This document shows positions 8,914-19,569 of a stretch of DNA of 64,000 nt, piece after piece. Position numbers and translations under genes: made by a program. Numbering within the stretch: the first letter of the stretch is position 1; every line of letters starts with the position of its first letter. Source of the DNA: an uncultured Fibrobacterota bacterium (lineage in GTDB: Bacteria > Fibrobacterota > Chitinivibrionia > Chitinivibrionales > FEN-1185); assembly GCA_963729895.1 (NCBI GenBank), contig CAVSQB010000015.1, forward strand, positions 17,096-81,095, given 5' to 3'. The notes under the pieces are model-generated. The model searched no databases and had not been told where the DNA came from. It worked only from the letters and a program-made list of their open reading frames with translations.

Positions 8914-11130
8914 ATGAACAGACCCTACATCAGTCAACCGGCTCCCGGCCAAACGGGAACATCGTCACCGGCAATCCGGCGCGCCGGATCGACTATTCGC
9001 GCTTTGTACGGCTTCATCCTAGGACCGGACCACGCATCGTTCGAGCTTGAACAAAGGCTCTTTTCCTGGGTCATGTTCCTGAGCGCCATCGCCTGTCTGC
9101 TGGCATGTGCCGAAAACGTAATCCTCGCATCCAATTTCTTGTTGCAAATCGGGACTATTGTTGCCGGTGTGCTTTTTGTCTTGTTCCTGGTCCTTGCGCG
9201 CCGCGGCATATCGTACCTGAAGCTGGTTTATCCGGCTACCGCCACGCTTGTGGGCGTCCTCTTGTTTGTCTGGGCCTGCAACGCGGGCAGCCGCGGCGGC
9301 ACGCAATTCTATCTTCTTATTTGTCCGCTCGTCTTCATGGTGTTCGCCAGGGGCGCGGGACGCATCATAACCATGGGGATCTTCCTAATCGCAACGGCGT
9401 TCCTTCTGGCGCTCGAACACACCCACCCCGGCTTGATCATGGGCTATGCTTCGGAAACAGACCGTCTGGTTGACATTTCGATATCATTCTACATGGCAAT
9501 GATCCTCACCGTGGCCTTTGTCCTCGTGCTCCACAAAGGATACCGCAGAGTAATTGAAAAGTCCGAAGCGGAAAAACGCGCGAGCGACGCCCGGTTCTTC
9601 GAAACCGCCGACATGCTGCCGGTGATGATCTGCGAAACGGGCAGCGACCTTTCGATATCCTTTATCAACCGGGCAGGCTGCGCTCTCACCGGATTTGCGC
9701 AGGGCGAACTCGGCCGCGCCCACACCATGCTCGACATTATCCACGCCGACGACCGGCCGCGGGCGGAAAGCGAATTCACGCGCACCCTTTCCGGCGAGCG
9801 CCTGCCGCTGCAGGAATTCCGGATCGTGCGCAAAGACGGAAAAACGCTTCGTACCCTCTTGCAATGCGACCATGTCTACGCTGACAAGGGGGTGAGCGGC
9901 CTGCGGATGTGCATAGTGGACATCACGGAAAAGAAGTCACTCGAAGAGCAATACCGGCAGGCCCAGAAAATGGAATCGGTGGGACTGCTGGCAGGGGGCG
10001 TTGCGCACGATTTCAACAACATCCTGTCCGCCATCCTCGGCTACGCATCTCTCATCCGGATGGAGAATTCGGAACGGGAGAAAAACGGGTTTACGGCAAA
10101 ACTCGACGAACAGATAACGGCCATTCTCAAAGCGGGCGACCGGGCGACCGACCTGGTGAGAAAGCTTCTGGCGTTTTCCCGGCAGGGGTCCTACAAAGTA
10201 AACCCGCTCAACATTCATACGCTCATCGACGAAGCTACGGCGCTTCTGGCCCACAGCATCGACAGGCGGATCACCATTGCCAAACACCTCACTGCGCTCA
10301 ACCCGGTCGTCTCGGGCGATCAGTCGCTTCTGCAAAGCGCGCTGCTCAACCTCGCCGTCAATGCCAGGGACGCAATGCCCGACGGCGGCACGCTCACCTT
10401 TTCCACCACAGCGGTGATGGTTGACAAACAGTTTGCGGACAAGCGGCCCTTTGCCATTGCGTTGGGGCACTACGTTGCCGTCACCGTAGCCGACACCGGC
10501 GTCGGGCTTGACGGAAACGTCAAGAAGCACCTCTTTGAGCCGTTCTTTACAACAAAGGAGCCCGGCAAGGGCACCGGGCTCGGGCTTGCCAGCGTTTTCG
10601 GCACCGTAAAACGGCACGGCGGGTTCATCGAAGCCGAATCGGCGCCGGGCCGGGGCACGATTATGACCTTCTACCTGCCGCAGACAGCCGCGCAACCTGC
10701 TTTGGAGGCGGCCGCCCCGCCGTTGGAAAAGCCAAAGAACTCCCTGCACGTGCTGGTAGTGGACGACGAAACCATGATCTGCGATTTTGTAAAGGAGTAT
10801 CTTTCCGCGGAGGGGTACCACGCCACGACGTTCTCTGACCCCCAGAAGGCCGTGGAGTGGTACCGGCGTTCATTCGCCGGCGTCGACTGCATCGTGCTTG
10901 ACATGAACATGCCGGTGATGGACGGAAAGGCCTGTTTCGCCGCCATGCGAAAGATAAATCCCCGGGCCAGGGCCATTTTCTCAACGGGCTTCATGGTGGG
11001 CGACACGGCCGCGATCATCCGCATGCCCGGCATCCGCGGATATGTCCAGAAGCCGTTCACGCTGGAAGGGCTTGTGCTGGCAATCACGCAGGCGGTTGAC
11101 GGCGAGGACATAAATTCTGCAGATTCATAA
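8914..11130 (+). CDS. Membrane-bound PAS-domain hybrid sensor histidine kinase with receiver
   Basis: TM region, PAS, H-box AGGVAHDFNN, N-box NARDAM, FEPFFTTK..GTGLGL and receiver VVDD..LDMNMP..QKPF; start 8869 or 8914. Confidence 0.93.
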   Translation: MNRPYISQPAPGQTGTSSPAIRRAGSTIRALYGFILGPDHASFELEQRLFSWVMFLSAIACLLACAENVILASNFLLQIGTIVAGVLFVLFLVLARRGISYLKLVYPATATLVGVLLFVWACNAGSRGGTQFYLLICPLVFMVFARGAGRIITMGIFLIATAFLLALEHTHPGLIMGYASETDRLVDISISFYMAMILTVAFVLVLHKGYRRVIEKSEAEKRASDARFFETADMLPVMICETGSDLSISFINRAGCALTGFAQGELGRAHTMLDIIHADDRPRAESEFTRTLSGERLPLQEFRIVRKDGKTLRTLLQCDHVYADKGVSGLRMCIVDITEKKSLEEQYRQAQKMESVGLLAGGVAHDFNNILSAILGYASLIRMENSEREKNGFTAKLDEQITAILKAGDRATDLVRKLLAFSRQGSYKVNPLNIHTLIDEATALLAHSIDRRITIAKHLTALNPVVSGDQSLLQSALLNLAVNARDAMPDGGTLTFSTTAVMVDKQFADKRPFAIALGHYVAVTVADTGVGLDGNVKKHLFEPFFTTKEPGKGTGLGLASVFGTVKRHGGFIEAESAPGRGTIMTFYLPQTAAQPALEAAAPPLEKPKNSLHVLVVDDETMICDFVKEYLSAEGYHATTFSDPQKAVEWYRRSFAGVDCIVLDMNMPVMDGKACFAAMRKINPRARAIFSTGFMVGDTAAIIRMPGIRGYVQKPFTLEGLVLAITQAVDGEDINSADS

Positions 11131-11162
11131 GGCGCAAGAATAGATAAGGAACAGAACATAAA

Positions 11163-11302
11163 GTTGGGCGTTTCCCTCGCTTCGCTCGGGTCGGCCCTCC
11201 CGTCGGGCTCGGCTTTCAGCCTCGGTGCCGGATCGCCCCTATGCCTTCGGCGGGGCCGACCGGCACTGCTCTCCAGAGCACCTTACGGTCCTGCCTAACG
11301 CG
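11163..11302. repeat. Structured intergenic repeat, copy B
   Basis: Colinear with 1461-1634; same termini; compensatory changes in the stems. Confidence 0.8.
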
Positions 11303-11362
11303 AATTCCAAAGACCGAATAGCATTCGTCTTGCCCCCCACTGTGGCCCGCCTGACTCCCGCG

Positions 11363-14184
11363 TCAACGGACCACAACAACCCGCTGCGCGCACCACTCGC
11401 CTCCGTCAATGGAGTATCGCACAAGGTAAACGCCGTTGCCGCCGGCGCTGCCGGCGCAGCCGGCAAACCCTACAGAATGCCACCCTGCGGACTGCCGCAA
11501 GCCGACGGTGCGCCCGACCATCTTCCCGTTGGTTCCCAGGACTTCGATGGAAACGTTCGCGGGCCTTCCCACGCAGTACCGCAACATGCCGCCCGCGGCG
11601 CTCAAAGCGAGGGTCTGTTTTGCAATTGCGCCTGCCCTCATCGCGGGCGCACGCACAAACACCTGGCCGGTGGAACAGGGATACGTGGTAAAGGTCGTGG
11701 TGCCCGAGCCAAGCCCCGGAGAGACAGCCGTTACCGTCACGATGCCCGGTGCGAATGTCGAGCGGACAGCCACCTTGCACATGCCGCCTTCGGCGGACAG
11801 CTCGGGATCAAGCGGCGAATGATAGTTGATGGGTTGGCCTGGGGTAACCAGCTGATCGCTCCCGCCCCGGTAGTTGCCGGGCCCCGAGACGCTGAACGTA
11901 ACGAGATTGCTTGCCGTGGGGCACCAGATTCCGTTGGCGTCAACTACGGTGGCCAGGATAAACGCGGCGTCAGTGCCGTTTGCCGTGATCAGAAACGTTT
12001 CGCCGTTCGGCTTCACGAGCGGCGGCTCAACGGTAAGAAGGATATGGTCCGGATTGCCCGCGGTCTTTTTCTCGTCGAAGCAGACCGTGTTTCCGTTTGC
12101 GTCAAGACCTTCGGCGCGAAGCGTCCCAGCCGCCCACGTCACGTTCCACGAGCACTGAAACGGCAGCTGGTTGGTGTTCTGGTCGGTCCCGTCGCCGGTC
12201 CCGGTCCATGGATTGGGCGTCTTGATGCCCTGGCTGGTTCCGTTGATAAGCAGGTTCACGCCCCCGGACAATTGCTGAATGCGTTGACCGTCACGTTGCC
12301 TGCGCGGTTCCAGTGGTGCGCAAGGGCAACGACGGGCTTCACCGAAAACGGCGTCCACGCGGCCTCGAGGGCATAGTACATGAGTTTGGGAATGCGGTTG
12401 AAGTCCATCATGGAGGACCCGAACGAGCGCACGTTTCCTTCGGCGGTGCCGTCAAGAAACGCTCCTGACTCACCGGGTGCTTCGCACAAATACCACTGGG
12501 ACAGTCCGAAGCAGTTTGCCTGTCTCCCCATTCTCCAGTTCTGGAGATACGGTCCGGCAAAGGCTAGTTCGTAGTCGTATGCAAAACGCGACGAACGGGC
12601 GCCGCCCCACGCTTCCGCGCCCCAGCACGGGGTGTTCGGGAGGCCGCTTTTCATTGCTATTTCGCAACCGGACGAGGAACAGGAGATAATGTCCGCAATT
12701 GTCGGGTCCGCCTCGCTGCCTCCTCTGTCGGACTGCGCCCTTGTGTTGACCGAGTCCCACGTTTTTGAGATGGCCTTCAACTGGGCCGCAAACGTAGGGT
12801 CAATGGGGCCGTTGCTTACTTCCCACGCGAGAATGGAAGGATCGTTTCTGTCGCGGATGATCATGTCCCTGTGCAGCTGGCTCTTGTACGTTATCTTGGT
12901 GGCGTTCAACTGCGCCGTTGAAAACGTTCCTTCGAGCTCGCCGCTCGGCTGCACGAGCATCACGCCGAAGGCGTCGCATGCGTGCACGAATTCGGGGCTG
13001 CTGGACGAATGGCCAGGCCTCCACATGTCGGCGCTGCAATCCGCGGCCAGCTTCACATCGCGCCACTGCTGTTCCTCGGGAACCGCGGTCCCCAGCGCCG
13101 GGTAGTCGTACCGTCCGGACACGCCCCACATATAATGCTGGTGACCGTTGATAGAGGGGAAGTTGTGGTCCCAGGTGATCACGCGGATGCCCAGCGGGCT
13201 GGAAAAGACGTCAACCGTGACTCCGCCCACCTTGACAATGTGGTACACTGTGTAAAGGTACGGCTGGCCGAACGTGCTGCCCGCAGGATACCACAAATGG
13301 GGATTCGTGATCGTGCAGTTGACATCAAACACTAGATTCGTGTCCGCGCCGACGGTCTGGGCGTTGTCCGACGTGAACACAACGGTCTGCGTGGCGTCGA
13401 CAATCTTGGTGGTGACCGTCACCGCCTGGGCGGACGCGTTGTCGTTGCGCACGTTGGTCTGCACCTTGACAACCGCCGAAGCGTCGGAGGCCGACACCGT
13501 GGCGACGTAGGTGCCCCACTGGTTCAAGACTGAATACACGTTGAGCGGCACATGGACCTTGTCGGTGATGTGCATCCACACGGGCCTGAACAGCCCGTAG
13601 TCGCCCTGCCCGAACCTGTAGTCGATGGAAAACCCCGGATAGACAAAGAAGCCACCGTTGCCGCTCATCCGCACCGCCAGGACATTATCGGTCCCGCCGA
13701 ATTGCACATAGGGAGTAATGTCCACCACAAACCCGATGAACCCCACCACGTGCGTTGCATTGGGGTTCAGACCGTCGTTGCCCGGAAGAAACGTGCCGTT
13801 GATATACACCGCCGCGCCGAGATGAGCGCCCTCGATTTCGACAAACACCTTTCTGCCCGCATACATGTTGTCGATGGTGAAATGCTTCCGGTACCAGGAA
13901 ACCCCCGCATACATGGAGCCTGTTGCGCCTCCGCCCATCTGATTATTGAACGACTCGGTGTCGCTCTAGGTGTGCGGAATACCCACCGTGCTCCACGCCG
14001 CATCGCTGGTGGCCGGGACCTGCGCATTGTTGATGTCTCCCTTTGTGAACTTCCACGGAGTTGCCCCCAGGTTGATCTTCATCCTGTTGCTCGGCTCCGG
14101 CGTGTACGTTTCCGCAAAACACGCGGCTGCGGCCGCACACGCAAGCGCAACAAGAGCCGCTGCCGACATTCTTTTGAAGAACAT
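11363..14184 (-). pseudogene. Secreted GH2-like glycoside hydrolase with C-terminal secretion-like domain, split by an in-frame TAG and a frameshift
   Basis: Signal peptide from ATG 14184; IPHT*SDT (TAG 13966-13968) in frame with WYRKHF; RDRNDPSILAWEVSN motif; frameshift in the G5 run at 12261-12265. Confidence 0.85.
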
Positions 14185-14738
14185 GTTTCCCTCCCCTTTA
14201 TTGTTTTCTTTTTGCACACCAGCAGGCGTGAGCGATAAGTCTCCATCCGGATCAGCACAAGTGCACGGACCCGTGACCTTGTCACAAAATATAATGAATA
14301 AGGGAAGGGTTGTGGTCTGCACGGGTAAACAATGTTCACGCCAGTGAACGGAAAGGAGAAGCTAAAAGACGCTCTTGAGGCAGATGCGCAATCAACCCGT
14401 GAAAATTTCCGGCGGCAAACTACTGGAACGAGGTGCGTCCGAAAGCCGGTCGTTGGGCAAAGCCGCATCGAGTTTCGCTTTTTGCAAATGGCCGTTTATA
14501 TATTGAGATGAAAGGCGCCGTGCTCAAGGAGCGTTTCACCGGTCGTAATCGCGGTCTTCGCAGCTTGCTGCGAGGTTCTTCAATCCCGGGCCGCCTGGCG
14601 CAATTTGGGATCAAAAGACGGTAACCGGTTGGGCCATTCATTCGTCAAATAAAGTGACGCTACGAAAGCAAACTTCTGCGACTGAAAGCGGAAAATGTCC
14701 TTTCAACGATGCCCATATACTTGAAAATGGAGGTGCGT

Positions 14739-15290
14739 ATGATGTCACGAATTCCTTACAGAATCGCGGCGGTCCTTGCTGTCCTGGCAGGTATCCCCCT
14801 CATTGCCTTTGCCGGCGAAGAGATGTTTGAAGGGCTCAAGATCACCGTGGATAACAGCGGTCACATTACTTCGATGGCGGTCAGCAATCCGGGCACGTCT
14901 CTAAACATCGAATCGGAGTTTCTCTTTTCGCTCTCCCCGGAGGGAAATCCCACAAGCGGCAAAATAACCTTTAGGGACAACGTCCAGCGTCCTATGAAGG
15001 AAGGCGAACTGACATTCTGTTTTCAACAATACGGCGCCCAAACCGCTGTGTGGGACTACTATTCACAACATGGGAAAGCAACTTCGTTCGTGATTGGAAC
15101 CGACAAGGTTCCGGATGAAGCCTATGGAAAGATATCCAGGCTCACTCTTACTAGTGGAAAACAGTTCATCGGAAGGCTTGGCAAACTCAGCGACAAACCT
15201 GACGGCTTTTCGCTTGCCATAGATGGAGCAAGCGGAGGTCCGATTCAATTCTACAACGGCGTTGTCAAAGAGATACAGCAGATGAAGTGA
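14739..15290 (+). CDS. Hypothetical exported protein
   Basis: RBS GGAGG; signal peptide ending AFA; natural amino acid composition. Confidence 0.7.
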   Translation: MMSRIPYRIAAVLAVLAGIPLIAFAGEEMFEGLKITVDNSGHITSMAVSNPGTSLNIESEFLFSLSPEGNPTSGKITFRDNVQRPMKEGELTFCFQQYGAQTAVWDYYSQHGKATSFVIGTDKVPDEAYGKISRLTLTSGKQFIGRLGKLSDKPDGFSLAIDGASGGPIQFYNGVVKEIQQMK

Positions 15291-15421
15291 AGCGCCTTTC
15301 CGACCTCTTTGGTGCACACGGTCGCCCGGGGACGAATGGTGCTCAAAGCGCAAGCGCCCCCCCGTGATTCGAAAGGCATGCAATCTTCCATCGGAGCTAC
15401 GCGCGAATCGCCATTCGTTGA

Positions 15422-15736
15422 TTACGGAAGTCGGTTCTTCAATTTCTTGGCCGCCTGCAAAAAGAGCCGCAACCCTGTCTTCCCCCATTGCGCCAGGGAC
15501 GCAAAGAGTAACCCCACAAAACCCGCGCTTGCGCTTCCCACCGGACAACCTTGCTTGCCGCAAAAGGGGCAGACCGCGCCCATGGCGAAAAGTCCGCTAA
15601 AACCAACGAACCAGCCTGCAAACCGAAGCAGGAGTACGATTGGCGGTCTATTCCGCGAGATTCTTGTTTTACCGTCGCACTCCACTGCGGGGTGCGAAGC
15701 GTGAATGTTTGCAGATGATAATCGACGGTCGGCCAT
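15422..15736 (-). CDS. Small membrane protein with CPFCGKQGC motif
   Basis: 9 nt downstream of the permease on the same strand; two hydrophobic segments around a CxxC-x4-C motif. Confidence 0.65.
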   Translation of the reverse strand: MADRRLSSANIHASHPAVECDGKTRISRNRPPIVLLLRFAGWFVGFSGLFAMGAVCPFCGKQGCPVGSASAGFVGLLFASLAQWGKTGLRLFLQAAKKLKNRLP

Positions 15737-15745
15737 GGAGTTCCT

Positions 15746-16687
15746 TCACGGTATCGAAGGTGACGAAATTTCCCCGCCCTCATTATTGCGATCCAGGCCC
15801 AAACGCTTTCCCGACGCCAATCCCGCGATTTTTGCGACAGCCCAGGCACTGCCGTAGATAGCCCCAAGCAACACCACGTCCGCAGGGCCAACGGGAAAGT
15901 CCCATTTGTAAGCAATCCAAAAACCGACAAGCGACGCAATGCCTCCCAAAAACGATGCAAACAGGAAGAATTGCCGCATGGTACGCGCAAAAAGATGCGC
16001 AGCAAGCGCCGGTATCAATAAGAATCCAAAGGAAATGAGCGGTCCGACACTAAGCACTGCCATGGAAACGGTGAGGCCAAGCAACAGGTACAAGAGAATA
16101 TCCCAGAACACGACGTTTTTGCCCAAGGTCACGGCCATGACACGGTCGAAGGAGACAAGAAACAATTCCTTGTGAAACAGCGCAAGCACCGCCAGTACCA
16201 GGGCCAAGGTAAGTGCGGTAAATGCGAGATCGAAATTGGAAATGGTGATCACCTCGCCTTTAAGCAAATCGAGCCAGCCCAGCTCCGCAAAACGGTTCTT
16301 GGAAAGGATCAGGATGCTGAGCGCAGCCGAAACAACGTATGCGGTGCCGAGCCGGCCCTCCGGCAAACCGCGGCCCCGCCTTTCCAGAAACGCAAGCGCC
16401 AGAATTGCGGCAAGGGTAAGAACTATGGAACCGGCAAAGGCCACCGTATGATCGTTTTGCGTACTGCGGGAGGCTTGACTTACTCCAAACCAGAGCGGAG
16501 CGGACAGGGCAACTGCCACGCCCGTCGACGAAATCTGCGGCAAAGCCACGCCCAAAAACACCAACCGCCGCAGCACAAGAAAAGCGCCCACCAGCGGACA
16601 CGCAAAGCCCACCAGGATACTCGTGTAAATCGAATTTCGTAAAAGAAAATCGGGAGATAGAATCTGCAACAGCGTTTCCATATTCAA
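15746..16687 (-). CDS. Metal (Zn/Mn) ABC transporter permease, ZnuB/MntB-like
   Basis: Multi-TM; LVLRRLVFLGVAL and ELFLVSFD motifs; overlaps the ATPase stop. Confidence 0.9.
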   Translation of the reverse strand: MNMETLLQILSPDFLLRNSIYTSILVGFACPLVGAFLVLRRLVFLGVALPQISSTGVAVALSAPLWFGVSQASRSTQNDHTVAFAGSIVLTLAAILALAFLERRGRGLPEGRLGTAYVVSAALSILILSKNRFAELGWLDLLKGEVITISNFDLAFTALTLALVLAVLALFHKELFLVSFDRVMAVTLGKNVVFWDILLYLLLGLTVSMAVLSVGPLISFGFLLIPALAAHLFARTMRQFFLFASFLGGIASLVGFWIAYKWDFPVGPADVVLLGAIYGSAWAVAKIAGLASGKRLGLDRNNEGGEISSPSIP

Positions 16688-17430
16688 CCCACTTCCATTT
16701 CGAAAATCGACGCCAGGCGTTCCGGCATAAGCATTTCGGATGCCGGACCATGTATTACCCTCCCTTGATGCAGCCAGATAACATGCTGGGCATGCTCACG
16801 GACAATCGGCAAATCGTGCGTCACCAACAGTACCGTAATTTCCTTTTCCCGGTGAAGCTTGGAAATAAATTCAAGAACTGCGCGAGTCGCCGCCGCATCA
16901 ACGCCCGCGGTCGGCTCGTCGAGCACAAGAACGTCCGGTCTGGTGACAAGTGCGCGGGCAATAAGAACACGCTGCTTTTGTCCGCCCGAAAGCTCGGCAA
17001 ACCGCGCTCGCGCAAAGGTCTGGGCTCCTGCCGCCTCCAGGCACTCGTGAGTGAAGGCGCGTTCCTTGGCAGATACGAACCGGCCGGGCCTGATGCGTCC
17101 GTAGGCGCCCATGAGCGCGACGTCGAAGCCGGTGAAAGGGTAGAGCGAATCGAGAGCGTTGGATTGCGGCACATAACCGAAAATCATCGGCACGCCCGGG
17201 TCCGCCGCCACCGTGATGCGCCCGGCCACCGGCGGAATCAAGCCGATGATCGTTTTGAGCATAGTTGATTTACCGGAACCGTTGGAACCGAGAATCGCGG
17301 TAAAACTTCCCCGGTTGATGGACAGGGAAATGTCGGTAAGCACGGGCTTGCCGTGGTAGCCGATGCTCAGGTGCTCAAACGTAAGTAGTGCCGAATCCAT
17401 GGGCGGTATCACGCTCCTTTCACGACGCAT
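16684..17430 (-). CDS. Metal ABC transporter ATP-binding protein, ZnuC-like
   Basis: GSNGSGKST, LSGGQKQR, LDEPT and VTHD motifs. Confidence 0.93.
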   Translation of the reverse strand: MRRERSVIPPMDSALLTFEHLSIGYHGKPVLTDISLSINRGSFTAILGSNGSGKSTMLKTIIGLIPPVAGRITVAADPGVPMIFGYVPQSNALDSLYPFTGFDVALMGAYGRIRPGRFVSAKERAFTHECLEAAGAQTFARARFAELSGGQKQRVLIARALVTRPDVLVLDEPTAGVDAAATRAVLEFISKLHREKEITVLLVTHDLPIVREHAQHVIWLHQGRVIHGPASEMLMPERLASIFEMEVG

Positions 17431-17443
17431 CCGGTTACGCGGC

Positions 17444-19462
17444 TTATTGACCCGACTTCACACTCTTCGGGACCGTGACGGTCTTTACATCCACCATAAT
17501 TGAGTCAAGCTTCTTTTCGATCGTTTCTCTGACGTCCTTTTGACAGCGCCCACCCAGGTTTGCCGCAAAAAACTTCTCCATTGCCGTGTACATGGCAATC
17601 CGGTTCTCAAGGCCCTTGTACCCGTGCCCTTCATCAGGCGCCACCATGTAGTGAACGTTCCTTCCAAGATCGCGCAAGGCAGCCACGATTTGATCGGACT
17701 CGACCTTCTTTACACGTGGATCGTTGGCGCCCTGTACCACGAAAAGCGGCGCTTTGATATTCTGTGCGGAAAAAAGCGGCGACTGCGCCTCCAGCATTTT
17801 CCGGTCGGCGGGATTATCTTTATCACCCACTCGTATCGCAAACGTTTTCTTCATCGGCTCCCAGTAGGGCGGGATGGAATTCAAGAGCGTAATGATATTC
17901 GACGGACCCACAATATCAAATCCCGCTGCGTACAAATCGGGAGTAAAGGCCAGCCCCGCAAGCGTGGCGAACCCGCCGTACGATCCGCCCGAGATGGCCA
18001 CTTTTTTGGGGTCTGCAATTCCTTGCTTAACAATAAAATCAACGCCGTCGGTGATGTCGTTCTGCATCGATCCCGTGCCCCATTGTTTATTCCCGGCATT
18101 GAGGAATTTCTTGCCGAACCCCGTGGATCCTCTATAGTTTGGTTGAAGAACCGCATATCCCCGATTGGCGAGGAATTGCGCAACCGGATCGTATCCCCAT
18201 TCGTCGCGCGCCCACGGACCGCCGTGGATAAACAAGACCGTGGGAAGCTTTTTTGCCGGAATTCCCTTCGGCAGGGTGAGATAAGCAGGAATGATCATGC
18301 CGTCGCGCGCCTTGTAACGAATCGGCTTCATCTGAACGAGTTTATCCGACGGAAGATCGGGCCTGTAAGCGTACAGAAATTCGGCCGCGCCGGTTGTTCT
18401 GTCGAAAATGTAAACCAAACCCGGGTTCACATCGCTGGTGACCGCCGCCACCCAGGTTTGCTCATCGATCGTCGTCGAAATAATGTGCAGTTCCCCGTGA
18501 GGCAGCGCCTTTTGCAAACGAGCATAATCGTCTGCGAACCGTTTCTGCTTGGGATAGATTCGAAGGGTGTCGCCGAGATAGTACGTTGCCAGCATTTCAT
18601 TGGTGACATCGGAGAAAAGGGCGTCACCAAAGTCAACCTGGTTTTCCGGGTCCTTTTCAACAAACGTCGCGATACCTGTTTTCAGGTCGTACAAATCGAG
18701 CTGGCTCAGGTCCAATTCTTTGCCTTTGTTCGTTTCGAAATAAAAGCCGTTGCAATCGGGCGTGAATCGGATCGGATTGACGGTTTCGTCGGGGCCCACC
18801 GAGTAGATCGGACGGAGTTTTTCTCCATCGATAGCAAGAACTTCGGTCCCGCCGTCGCCCGTTTGGCGAATGCCGAGCCGCAGGTCCCCGTTCAGGTCGG
18901 TTACCCACCCGGCCACGTTCTGGGTGTTCTTCCAAAGCAACTTCCGTTCTCCGGTCGTCAAGTTCAAACGGTACACGTCGTGAAGCGCCGGATCGCGGTC
19001 GTTGAGGCCGATGAGTATCTCGTTGGGGGTGTTGCGGGGGACGTCGTATATCATCGCCCGCACTTTGTTCAGCGGCGTCAGGTCTTTTGCCGGAGGAACC
19101 GGAGTTCCCGCGGCGCGCGGGTCCACTTCGTAAATGCGAAAATTTTCGTCACCGCCCTTGTCCTGCGCGTACAGCACGTACCGGCCGTCGCGCGACCAGA
19201 AGTAACCGGTGATAGGCCGGAGACTGTCGGCGGTCAAGGGCCGCGCCTGATCGAACTTCTGCGATCTTCCCTTGATCCAGATGTTCCGCACGTTTTTGAA
19301 CGGCCTCAGAAACGTAATAAACGAACCGTCAGGCGAAATCTGCGCCCCTGAAATCTGCGGGTCGCCGAAAAAAACCTCGCGGTCGATCAGAGGCGGCAGA
19401 GCCGCGAAACAGTTTGCAAACAGGACGGTGCACAAACCGATTCCCGCAACAATGGATTTCAT
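17444..19462 (-). CDS. S9 family peptidase (dipeptidyl/acylaminoacyl peptidase), exported
   Basis: HGGPW, GGSYGG, QGANDPRV and DEGHG motifs; signal peptide after RBS GGAGG. Confidence 0.93.
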   Translation of the reverse strand: MKSIVAGIGLCTVLFANCFAALPPLIDREVFFGDPQISGAQISPDGSFITFLRPFKNVRNIWIKGRSQKFDQARPLTADSLRPITGYFWSRDGRYVLYAQDKGGDENFRIYEVDPRAAGTPVPPAKDLTPLNKVRAMIYDVPRNTPNEILIGLNDRDPALHDVYRLNLTTGERKLLWKNTQNVAGWVTDLNGDLRLGIRQTGDGGTEVLAIDGEKLRPIYSVGPDETVNPIRFTPDCNGFYFETNKGKELDLSQLDLYDLKTGIATFVEKDPENQVDFGDALFSDVTNEMLATYYLGDTLRIYPKQKRFADDYARLQKALPHGELHIISTTIDEQTWVAAVTSDVNPGLVYIFDRTTGAAEFLYAYRPDLPSDKLVQMKPIRYKARDGMIIPAYLTLPKGIPAKKLPTVLFIHGGPWARDEWGYDPVAQFLANRGYAVLQPNYRGSTGFGKKFLNAGNKQWGTGSMQNDITDGVDFIVKQGIADPKKVAISGGSYGGFATLAGLAFTPDLYAAGFDIVGPSNIITLLNSIPPYWEPMKKTFAIRVGDKDNPADRKMLEAQSPLFSAQNIKAPLFVVQGANDPRVKKVESDQIVAALRDLGRNVHYMVAPDEGHGYKGLENRIAMYTAMEKFFAANLGGRCQKDVRETIEKKLDSIMVDVKTVTVPKSVKSGQ

Positions 19463-19569
19463 CGCTCCTCCCCTTTCGTGTCGGCTAGAAAAACCTTGGC
19501 AACCGTTGCGCAACCCGCGAACAGGCCGACCCCGTTCCGATAAAAGGCCGGCCTGATCGGTAGTATCGC

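Noticed and set aside
14410..14470. c-di-GMP-I riboswitch-like GGCAAAC...GAAAGCC
   Set aside because: Lacks the paired P2 stem, GNRA loop and GACGCAAAGC core
17540..19351. Long antisense ORFs (603 aa here; also 59672-60892, 57813-58973, 6840-7937 and 11225-12376)
   Set aside because: Shadows of real genes in GC-rich DNA, with no motifs
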